NCBI GenBank assembly: GCA_977030845.1
Contig: OZ365113.1
Span: 14,942,001 to 15,006,000, forward strand
Reading direction: 5' to 3'
Source: Fimbriosthenelais zetlandica
Lineage: Eukaryota
DNA length: 64,000 nt
Shown here: one piece after another, positions 24,601-36,600 of the stretch
How the letters are laid out: every line of letters starts with the position of its first letter
How positions within the stretch are numbered: position 1 is the first letter of the stretch
Made by a program: the position numbers and the translations under genes
The notes under the pieces: generated by a model
Database searches by the model: none
What the model saw: the letters and a program-made list of their open reading frames with translations, nothing else
Told to the model about the DNA's origin: nothing

Positions 24601-27600
24601 CACATTTCTTATAGAGGAAGATAGAAGCTGAAGGCAACATGGTTTCTTATCACTGAATGACGCACGTGCAATGGCTTAGCATGGAAATGTATTATACTAG
24701 ATAAGCTATACAGGAAACATCCGACTTGCTACTTGGGCTTGATATGATTGGATTCAAGTAGCATAATTATGGATCTTCAGTCGGTGCCCTTAACTATAAT
24801 TAATCTCCGTCCCTTTCATTCCACCTCAGATGCCTTTCAATTGATCTATGTGGATGGTGGGCTGACATTTACCTTGACCAAATGTTTTAATAACCAAAGA
24901 AGACCGACAAAACTTACTTAGGGCCTACATATTCTAGCCAAGACCCTGAAATACAGTATGTATGTTCAAACAGAATGTACAACATATATACCACCAGTGA
25001 GACAGGTAAACGAAATGTCCCTCCAGTCCAATACCACCTATGGCTTTTAATCTGTTACCCTACAGGAAGTCCAAAGTGATCACATCAGGCAAACCCAGAC
25101 ACATCATCGATGTATAAAGAATATAATTATGTATATTTAGTATGTATAATTTCATGGAAAGCTGGCACGATAATGGCAGAGCTGTTTTTCCCCAAATTTA
25201 TGGGTACACAGATTATAATATACATTATGATATGTTCTAGCTGCATATCTGCGAATAGGGAGCCATCAATTTGCCCTTCCTAAATGCAATTCGCTAGTGT
25301 TTTTTCCTCTTCCCAAGGACGAAATATTTCCATTGTGTAGGAAGAGCTTTGTTTATTTTCACCATTCCCTCAAGGGGAAGTGTGTATATAAATTATCATA
25401 CAGATCGTGGGGCCCTATGAACACTGGTACTAAAATCTCACATAATATACAGGAGCTAGGGAAGCATTCCTTGGGTAAGAAGGAACGAAAGATCTAGTCA
25501 TGGCCTAGAAGTGCTGGCTGCTACAGGTTAAGCTATTTCCCTCCAAGTCATCAATCTATCTCGAGCCTCATTTTCAGCGGGTGGTGAATGTATATATACA
25601 CGCCCTGGCTTATGGACTCTAAGTACACTCCCATGGCTCACATACTAAGTTAGTATAGTGAGCTAATGATTTCCGGCTAAATGGATGGTAGAAGAAAGGG
25701 CGTTTCCCTTCATTATGTTTTGTATATAAGAAGTAAAATGATTAGTTAAAGACAAAGAGGATGTTAACATTTGTAGGCTACATTGATACATGAGCTTCGC
25801 AGATATTATATATGCCAAGGTGATAATCAGTGACATTTATGTTTGGGGAAAATGCACTGGTATTGCACTTAATTATAATTTTAGACTGATTAATATAGGC
25901 CTAAAGGCAATCATGCAGATGGGATGGCTCCTATTTCACAATGATTTTACTTTTGCATGCGGTTGGTAAAAGCATAGAGGAAACGACCTCCTGGTATAGG
26001 TTAATTCTGGGGCCTGTTTCAAAAGGAATATTAGCAATGCTAAGTCTATGGCTAATATTTGTTTTGAAACAGGCTCCTGATGCGAGTTGTTGTCATTTCC
26101 GCTAAATAGATTTTCTTTTGCGACATCGTCGTTTCTTTTGCGACATCGTCGTTTCTTTTACGACATCATCATGAAGTGAACACTTACTCCCGAAGTTGTG
26201 TATTTCATTTGGGTATAATCCTCTTGGTGACACAGTGAATGGACAGAAGTGAATCATTCACATGAACTTACAGAGAGGAAAATCACTCTTGTAATCACCT
26301 CTTTTCACAGACAGCAGTAGCACAGCGCACAATAGAAACCTTCAGGTATAGCCTTCATATTGAGACACATTTCACTTCCGGTGCATGACTTTAACTGACG
26401 TCACACGCGCAAGTATAGACACAGGCAACACACTGACTTGAACCACGTGTAAATTAGGCTACATAAAGCACTCATTAAAAATAAATCACGTTCCAGATGT
26501 GATCATTACCTTAGGTGTTGGTGGCTTTCTTCTATATGAGAACAACTCGTCAGTATCATCAGTATCCAAATCAAGGGATACAGGGCGTGCAGGGAGGGAG
26601 TAACGCCTGTCACGCTGGAAGCCAGGTGGATAGTGGACAGGGCGATTATAATCCCTTCTAGGTTGTGTAAGGTAGGATGCGTATGTACGAGTGGGAAGGA
26701 CATATTCCTTATAGTCTTTGTCATAGGTGGCAGCAGCAAGGGGCATGCCCCGGAAGTAGGCAGGAACACTGGAACCAATCCTAGGGTTAAGGGTGGACTG
26801 GGTAGATCTTGATAGGGGTCTGTCAATGATTTCACTGGCTTTTGATTCAATGACACGGTGGTCAGGGTACGTACGAGTTGTCCTCGCAGTGTAGGGCACA
26901 AGGGCAGTGGAAGAAGAGGACTGGTAACCAGCAGGGCTTCTTTGTCTTGTTGCTTGTGCCCTGGGGGCAGGCAACCTATCGAAGGTCCTGCTGTACACAG
27001 GCACATGAGCAATGGCGGTGGATTGTATTGGTTTCTGCACGTGAGAAGATACATGGATGTGTTTAGATGGAGATGGTGGGGGTTTTCCTACCGTGGGACG
27101 GCGTTCAATAACACTCTTAAACTTCTCTGTTATAGTTGAAATTGGTTCATAACTTCCGATGAAGTCATCCTTGGATGATAAGAGTAAATCAGTGGTGGAG
27201 GGTGTTGGCCGGCGCCTGGTCGAGCCGCCGAACGTCGGTTTATGCCAGGCCAATGACTCAACTTGTGGCCCAGCCTCTGACAGCAAGTTCCTGAATTTGA
27301 CAGCATTTCCTCCCGTGTGATCCTCTCGTGTCCTGACAGAGGTAGACTTGTTGGTTATTGTATAATTCCCGGCTCGTTGGTCGCTTGGCACTACAGCTAA
27401 GCGTGGGTCCTCCTTCTGCCATTTTCCTCTTAGATCACTCTTGGGTAGGTTTAGAGCTATTTTTCGTTTTAGTGTGCCATCTGGATTGGCATTGGCTTCT
27501 ACCACCATAGTGTGGGAAGCCACAACGAACACCATCTTGTCGTTTGTTGTGTCCTGAACGGTCTACAGACACTCGAAAGGCCGGTCGTAGTGGTACATGT

Positions 27601-30600
27601 ACCCCTACTCCGGCAGGTTAGTATAGCATTAGCTACTCCTGATGTACTGAGTAGCCACACAGCCTGTTGTGGCTGTGTCCTCCTTGACTGTTCTGTTCTG
27701 TTACTAAAGATGAAGCAAGCGCCTTGGAGAGGCGGGAGCGAAAGAGCAGCTGGAGCAATAGCAGCAGCACTAGCTCACCTAGAAGCTAAACCTTTCCCCA
27801 CTCCATGTACACCCTGGCCCCCCAGATGGATTAGCTGGCGAAAGCTTGTGGATTTGACTGGTAGTACTGTGAGTAAGTTGCCTGTGGAACTTACAATCGC
27901 CCTGCCCACTTCACACTGCTCCGAAGCATATGGCAGTGCACTCTGCTAGAGCTGGATATTTCCTTTTTCTCCACCACAGGTCTGCCCAGTACGATGCCTA
28001 TACTCCTCACACCATCACTATTGGCTTGACCTTTTCTAGCAGTCGACCTTTCCTAGAAATATACTCCAACATGCCTCATGGGTGGACTACATCAGCCCAG
28101 TAGCTGGGTCAGACAAAAATAGTTTACGCCCCGGATTGCTGACACCCACACTTTCAGAGTGCTCCATTATATAGTATCTAGATATTCACACTACAATAGA
28201 GTTCATTATCATTATTATATGAATTAAGATTCCAATCCAATACAGTCCTTGTCTCTGGACATTGTGCTACATTAATGGATCAAATAATACTTTCTTAGAT
28301 TCTTTAAAAGCTGAAATTCAGTCTTCCAATATTCCTCGTTGTGCTGACTGGGTTTAACTACATTTATACCCCTTGTTTTTGACTCCCCTGTTTGCGTGTA
28401 ACGCGATGGCACTAAGAGATAGCTGGATGCCCTCAGGGCCAAATGCCAGCCATGATCTAGTGACCCGGTTCTATAGTCTGCATGCTAGGCGCCAAAGTCA
28501 AAATATTTCCCCTGTTCTTGACACAAAGAACATACATATTTCTGGATATTATTCAACATTGATCTATGGGAGCATACAAATTTGCGGCAAAGCCATATAA
28601 CATTGCTTTCAAACCTGACCTGTATGTATGTAGATAGCTCCTATGTAAGGAATGTTGAAAGGTTAATACCCAAGTTGAACTCAACCTTTTACCCTCAAAC
28701 AAAATCCCGGGATATAACAAACTTCCGTGCCAAAATTCAATTTCATCTGCTTTCTGCCTTTCCTGACCTTAAAATTCATTGCTCTTCTCTCAAAAGTCTC
28801 GAATTAAGATGTCATTCAGTGCATTTAATGGAACCTCTTATGAACAATGCAGCAGGATTATAATAGATGGTATATTATAGATATCGCCAGAAATCTAAGT
28901 CGACATAATATGCAACAAATGTCAGATACAATCAGGTTGAAAGTCAATCCTGAAACGATCGCCAGTTTAAACACCCTACATTCACATACGTCTTACCAGA
29001 CTAATGAGTGGAAACATAATTTTACTGTTAAGGGTATCCTTTTCAACATTTCCACCAGAGGTTTTATAGTGTTAAGCCTCCTATATTTCTTCCTCATGGT
29101 AGTGCCAGGAAGATGGCCTATTTCCTGGCAGTTTGGCTGATAGTGTGTGTACTGTTAGGGCGACCTCAGCTGTTTCTTAAAATAGCGCAGGTGATGCAGC
29201 TGATGGTTGCTATGGTAACGGAGATAGGGAATAATATAGAGTGTTTCTAGGAGACGGGTGTGTTTGCTGCTCCAGGAGATCGTGATAGCCCCTGTTTTTA
29301 CAAGTCCTTGCAACATGTGTGACTGACATTGACTGATAGCATATTGTCATTGGAGCTTGTAAGTCATTATCGAGGGCAGATCGACCTAAGTCAACTCTGT
29401 ATATTGTAGCCGAAATCCATATTCCCGATGGGCAATTGCATACTCTATGATGATATTACTACTTATTTTGTGCCCTATAATGTCTTGACACCTTCATCCT
29501 CTGAGCAAGTGTTTTATTGGGGTTTTTTCTGACATCGTTCAGAACAATGTAAATAAAACACTAAAATCTGTCAAAGGAATAGCAGTTTTTCATAGTTGGA
29601 GATACGCCAACATAGATAACACAGATGTTCGGGAGAAGAATTCAGATAAATCTACCGCCTATCCACAATTAATGGTCTAATCGACTGAGCATTCACAGCA
29701 TTGAGAGACAAAAATGTATCTAAATGTATAATGTAAAGTTGTTCAATCAAGTCAAATGCCAACTTATATCCTCAATCCGTTGTTAAATGCTAAATGCAGC
29801 ACCAAATACTCTAAAGTGCATGCAGGTAGTACAACAATAATTCAATAATACATTTTTTCCAATGGTAGCCTATAAGCAGAAACGTGACAGCCTTTACTGA
29901 AATGGAATTATCACACCCCAAGAAGATTCAGCTGCATTGCTGAGCAGTGAATCGAGTTTTTTTTTACTTGGTCGGATCTGTGGCTTCCACCCACACATTT
30001 TCCTGCAGAGAACCTTATGGACTTTCATAGTTTCTTCCCACAGAAGAAATCAAATTTAAAACATACTGTTAACTTTCATTTTTCCTTCCCTTGTCATTTA
30101 CATCTTATATGCATATATGCAAGGTTAATTACTAAAGTCTGCCACATCACAAGATCAGAACTCATATCAATACGTTTTCAGCTTCAAAGTGTACTTTCTG
30201 CGACATCAGCTATGTGCTGACGACCATATTGAGTCACGTCATTGTACAACCAATGGCAAAAGCCATTAATTGAAGGTCCTTCCTGACAGCAACTTACAAG
30301 TGTAGGCCTATCATAACAAGGTCATAGTGGGTTCCAAACCTATAGCATCACAGTTGTATCTAGGTGATATACCTTGGAGATCTTAACAACAGTATAGTGA
30401 GTCTAGTCAATATAGGAGAACATATATCATGTGATCCCACACAAGTGTAATTGCATTGTTCTCAAACAGAATTTAAACAAGTTCCGGGAAAGACACATCT
30501 AGCCAAATAAAGAACCACAAGGAAATCTCGAAAGGATTTAGTGATTCAGTGATATATCATACAGCATTAGATATAATTATATGCTGTATAATAATGAAAT

Positions 30601-33600
30601 AAAATTGTGTTGATTGACAGGCAATTATTCAAGGTACAACCATTACAAGAAGATTCAAACCTCGTGGCAACTCACTAAAATATTAGTGACAGACCCAGTT
30701 TAGGAACTAAATCGGTTACCCAGCATTCTTAATGATGGATAAAAACCACACAAGAATAAATATTTAAACCCACATCATTGCTACTTTAATATTAGTCAGT
30801 GCAACCAAAGTTCTCATATAAATTTAATTAGCCTATATCCAAAATATACTCACCCCGCCAAGACGACCAGACTGTCTGTATGGTCGCACTGGAGTATGTA
30901 GATAGTCAGAATGGTAGTAGGGATCGTCCCATCCCGTGCTGAGCTCACGCTGAAACAAGACATCATCCGAACCACTTAGGTAACGCATACTGGACACGGT
31001 TCACTAGTCTCCCACAGAAACAAAATCAAACCCTGGCTCTCACAAAGACCGAAATAATCCTTTGAAGTTTACACAGTGTCTTATTTTTTCCCCTTGTTTT
31101 CCTTAGACTCTAAGTGGAGTCTTAGTGAGATAGAGCCGGGGTTTGAGTGTGAGATAGTCTGTATTGGAAGGCTTATGGATGGATGGATGGCTGGCCTGGC
31201 TGGCACTCAGGAAGCTCTCTGGGGAAGCACAAGAGCCTCCTGTAAACTTCCTACCCTATGGCAAGCAGGGGATGTAGCAGAGCTATCTGTTCACAGTATT
31301 TCTACAACCCACGCCCCCCTCCACATGCCCTTGTACTTATACATGTGCGATTTTCCTCGGCTGGAGGAAATGTTGCTATGGCAACCGTCTATTAGATGCA
31401 ACACAGGCAGTAGTTGCAGAACTAGAGAATCGATGGTGCCATCGTGAGGTGGTCGCCATAATCATCTGCTTCATCCCCTGACAGTCAAGGTGGCTATAAT
31501 GTTGCCGAGTCTTGCTTTCAGTATTGAGATATGACCTTAGATTCTTTATCATGTGCAGCATTTGGTGGTTGGAGGTTAGATATATATACTGTACCTCGAG
31601 TCTGCTGAGGGCACCACGGGCCTGGCGAACGGCGAGATCTGCGGATGGCACATGAACATCTGGCCTATGGACGGTGGTCCTTCTATCAATTGGTGGCTCA
31701 CTTCCTGCACGGGCACGGTGCGACACATAGGCGGTTATGGGCGTGTAGTGATACCCTGGGTGACTATCCTATATGGAATAATATTCCAATACAGCAATCT
31801 TCATCTGAAGGTAATTTCCTCCACATGGGTCCCAGGAAGTCACGAGGAATTCCCATCCTCTGACTCCCTGCGACATATGACCATGTGGCAGTAGAAGATC
31901 ATGCCATATCCGCCATGCTGAATGAAGAAACAAGATCTCTTGCTCTCAAAAATTCTTCATCCATGTGAGTGAAGCAGGCATCGAGTTGTAAACACGCTGG
32001 TTATCTCTTTTAATTGTGAAGCATATCTCAAACTAAGCCATTCTGTAACCTCTAATAAGCCGCGTGGCAAGAACTATCATTGTGTGAACAAGAACGTCAT
32101 GCTAGTAATTGTATGATAAATGTCCAGTTTTAACAACATTCCTCCTGTCACAAGGATATGCGTAATGCAGCAAGATGCCTCAAAATATGCATGGTCAGCA
32201 TATTTCAAGATTACTTTTTAGCTTAGTCTATAGTTTGGTGCAGCCCCCAATCCCTCTGATTATATTAGTCAGGAATAGGTGGGCTCTCCTTCACACTTTC
32301 TCCCAGATATTTTACGGATATGTGCACCAATGTGAAAATTAGTCAGAAGCCTTCACATGCCAAACAAGCTTCTGATGCACAGATCAGTGAACGAAATTTG
32401 CCAAAGAAGGAGACCCAAGAAAAATCATTTGTGACAAGCTGATGTTGATATTGCGTTAACGAATTGATATTAATACTACAATAACCTTATGACTAGAGAA
32501 ACAAAGGAAACAAACTGGAATACTACGTGCAGTTAAGGTCATAATTCCCCGTGTCTCTACATTTTGTGATTCTTATATGGTACTTCAGAGTATCAAGACC
32601 TATTTGATATTTACTCTTACCAGCCAGGCAATCATCCATCCAAGAAAACACTCTTTATTACAATATATTCCTTTTAAGTTCATATATCAGACTAGATTAA
32701 AGTTACACTCATAGAGCATGAAAAGTAGAAGATAGACATGTAATAATCATCCCCAGTTCAACGAACTTAAGGTCTAAGTCTACTATGTACGAAGTCTTTT
32801 GATATGATAATGTAATAGTGTGAATTACTAACATGATATTTTTTAAAGAAATACTAGACTCCAAAGAAGATGGTATTTTATTTTAAATTGAATACCAATC
32901 TTACGAAATATTGATCAAAGTAAATTTATAAACAGAAATTTAAAATAGAATGCTCCTATTGGAATCTAGTTTCTCTTACAAAAATCACCATAATTTGAAA
33001 AGAACAATGCATCCATGAGAAGTATTTCATGCAAGAGTAGGGTGATACAGGTTTAGATATTTCCTGGTAAACACTTCATGGATAGAGAGTGACAGATATG
33101 AAAGGATAGGATGTTTTAAACTGGCTTCAGAACATGTCGACAGTACTATTATCATAAGTAGCCTACACCTCCCATTTTCATGATCTGCACATTTTGGACC
33201 TGGATAGGCTCTCTTGTTGTTCATGACTGTGTCACCCACATTTCCTCTGAAGGAAAAGCTTATTAGTTCATGGCTGCAATATTTCTGAAACGAAACTGAC
33301 GTGCAAACTGGTATGGTATGGCAATTAGGCATTTAAGCTCTAGGCATCAAGCGCCATCTTGTGCATGAGATGCAACCTGGATTGAAACACATTGTTGCTA
33401 GATCAGAGTGCAATCATGAAACAGTAGATCTGCAGTTTTCTGTGTTTTTATATACCTCGTAACCGTAGCCAGCATAACCAATCGGAGACCAATGGTAAAA
33501 GCCATGGTGATAGCCAGGGTGATGCCATGGCTGGTGGCGGTACTCTGTTTCACAGCATTCTGTCTCACGGAAAGAGGGTGGTACACTGGTTGCACGCTGG

Positions 33601-36600
33601 CGAGTCCTGGGCAAGTGAGTTGTCCCCAGCAGAACAACTGGGGGTGAACGTGACCTTGCACGTCCACGCGAGCGACGCACCAATGGAGTTGTCCTGTAGT
33701 CTGATGCATCCTACGAGGAATACAGGAAAAGTAGAGCAGCCTCTATGAGTTTCAAGTAGTTTCTCCATTAAATATCAGGAGATGTACTGTCCTGTCATGT
33801 ATTGTCGGAGATAATAAAGTCACTAAATATCAGGTCCTATACAGAGGCTACCCTGTTGGTGTCCAGTTTTGCATAAAGTTTCTGCTGATCAGGATTCTTG
33901 AGGAATGACTGGCAGTACCTTGAAATGTGAGGTGAGGGTTGGATTTCAGGTATGGTACACATGCAGTAAGTATTTCAGATGCTGGTAGTGGTAGATTAAA
34001 ATAGCTTTTTGGAGACGGGATGGGGGGAACAAGAGCTAAGAGCAAGGAGACGTTTGGTAAAATGATTAAAATATACTTCCCTTACCAGGATGATAAACTA
34101 TCCTAGACTTTCTGGTGTCTAGTGACCATAAACACTTGTATATGAACACCCCTGAAAGATTGTTTAATGGACATTTGGATAGGCCCTACCTATTTACAAG
34201 CCTGAGTATTGGGCAAAATATATCCGAAAGGTAAAAGAGGAAACTTAAATTAAATGGTTCAGGGTCAATGTGGAAAAAGAGGAGAAACTAACAGTTCACT
34301 CACAATGTACGTCTCATGAGGCAGAGACATATTCTACAAGTGGACAGAAATAAATGTAGACGAGGATACACAGCAATTCACCACATAGCACACAGTGCCA
34401 CTCGGAAGAAGAGAATAGCATTGCATTACCTCCTCTTCGTTGACCACCTCCTCATCAGGGTCCCCTTCATGAACTGCTTCTTTAGCAATAGGTTCATTGG
34501 GATCAGCAAGAGTATACAGTGCACTGGATCGCTTCGCTCCCTTCACCAGAGGCGGGGCTACCGGGTTCATCAACCTATGTTTTTTGCTGAATTTAGTATC
34601 TAGCATTCTTTCAAATTCTTTGAGTTCATTTCGCCCAGCTTGAATCTTTTTGCTAAGCTCTGGATCAAGTTTATCATCGTCCATGTATGAGGGACTGAAA
34701 TCATAAAGATCGCCTGTTGCAGGTACGAAGTCTTCCAGTCCAGATTTTGGGAGTGGTCTGTTGATGAGGCGTTCAAACATGATGTCCGCATCATCACTTG
34801 GATCACGCTCTGTCTTTGCTACAGCTGCCTTTGCCTTTGCTTTGATCAATACCTGATTCACAGGCATTTTCTTCACTTCCTTTTCAGCTTCAGATTCTTC
34901 AAGGGGCTTATGCTCTCTAACTGGGCGTGGTTTGTACACACCAAGGGGGTCATACTCAGGATATGGATCTTTTGGTTCTTCTTCCTTGGCTGTAATCCGC
35001 TCCCAAAGCCGTTTTTTCTCTTTGATTGGTCTCGGCTTTGGCTTTTTGTGGTAGATGTTACCTTTTGTGTAGTCCCAAGGATAGCGCAGCTGGTCTTTTC
35101 GGCGCTCCTCTTTGACATTTTTGTCAACTGGTGCACGTCTCCTTTGGAAGAGGAGACGGCGAAACCCAGTTTTGACAGCCACATCAGAGTCTGGCTTGAC
35201 ATTATCGAAGTCCAATCTGTTCTGTGTACAAAAAGATTTCTCATACATTTGAGGGCATCGATCTGCATCGGAGGCTTCTCTCAACTTAACAGGTGGATTG
35301 ATTTTCTTACACCAATCTTCCAATTATATCTAGGGGAACCAGAACCATTCTAACGTTACTACATATTTATTGTCAAAGCCTATGCGTTGCATGGAAAAAT
35401 TGTATGTTAATGTCAGAATATTTTCCGTTTTTCATGCTTGAAGCTCTTATCCCATGCAGAACGATTGTCAGAATTCTGTTCGAGCTAAATATATATTCCA
35501 CTATCATGACAAAACAAACACCAAGTATATTCTAGTTCTAGTCTAGACAAAATTTAAAGACTGCAATAGAGACCCCTTATTATAGGAGCTTACAACAATA
35601 CGTACAAGTACCATTCGACACAACTCATAGTATACATGGACCAAGAACATATACAATGTAAAGGGAATAAAGAACTACCCTTCCTGCATCATGACCCTGC
35701 TTTCTACTGTATAAACTCGACCCTGAGTGCCAAAATATATATAGCATAATTACTTCTACTTTTCTTATCCACTGTTGGTCTCATCAAATTATGAAATGGA
35801 TATTATAGTTGAATACAGGGATTGAATAAAGTCAATAAGTATGTTATTCAAAAAGGCAATAAGTATGTTATTCATTGCATAAGCAGTTGAAGAGAGTACA
35901 CAAGAGTTAAAAAATACTTAGTGCATGCGAATTTGGGGGTTCCACCTTATTTCATTTTCAAAATATCACTCTATAAAACTTACAAAAGGATTTCTTGATA
36001 GATTATTATCGTACTAAACTATCAAAGTCAAAGGGGGTACCGTAAATCGTAGTTCTGAACAGCAAATATGAATTTTCAAAACCTGGTTAATTAAACATTT
36101 CTAAGCCCACACGGCAGTGATGGTCTTGATAAAAGCGTGCAGGAAAATTTTAATTAGGACATTCAAGTACTATATGTTTTACTGAGGTAAAACACATGTA
36201 AAATGTAACAATTTCCTGTTAATGTATGGGTATCCATGGTTAATTTATGAGTGTGTTGCTGTACACATAAATTATAAAAAAAAACGGAGGGGAAAACTTG
36301 GATGTTTAAAAAAATCATGGGATCCACAATTCTGCTGTCCGAATGTATGCAGGAGTTAAGTCATACTTAATATTTCTTTCAAGGTCGGATAAAAATAGAG
36401 CAAACCACCTCACTGCAACTTAAAGAAACACAATCTGGACACCTTACATAAAACATAACACAGTATATAAGATATCAACATTCAATAATTATCAAGAAGT
36501 AGATATTTAAGATTTCAACTATTATTTCAAGTCTACGATCAAAGTATAGATGTATCTGATTTAAGAACTACTTATTATAAATAATATCTTGGTCTTCATT

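Noticed and set aside
27512-27949. 145-aa plus-strand ORF
   Set aside because: No homology or splice signals. It overlaps the antisense of the large exon's upstream region.
31769-31918. Extra exon candidate starting HGGYGMIFY after a TTCATTCAG acceptor
   Set aside because: The phase-0 frame hits TGA and no convincing donor precedes it. It cannot be excluded without RNA data.
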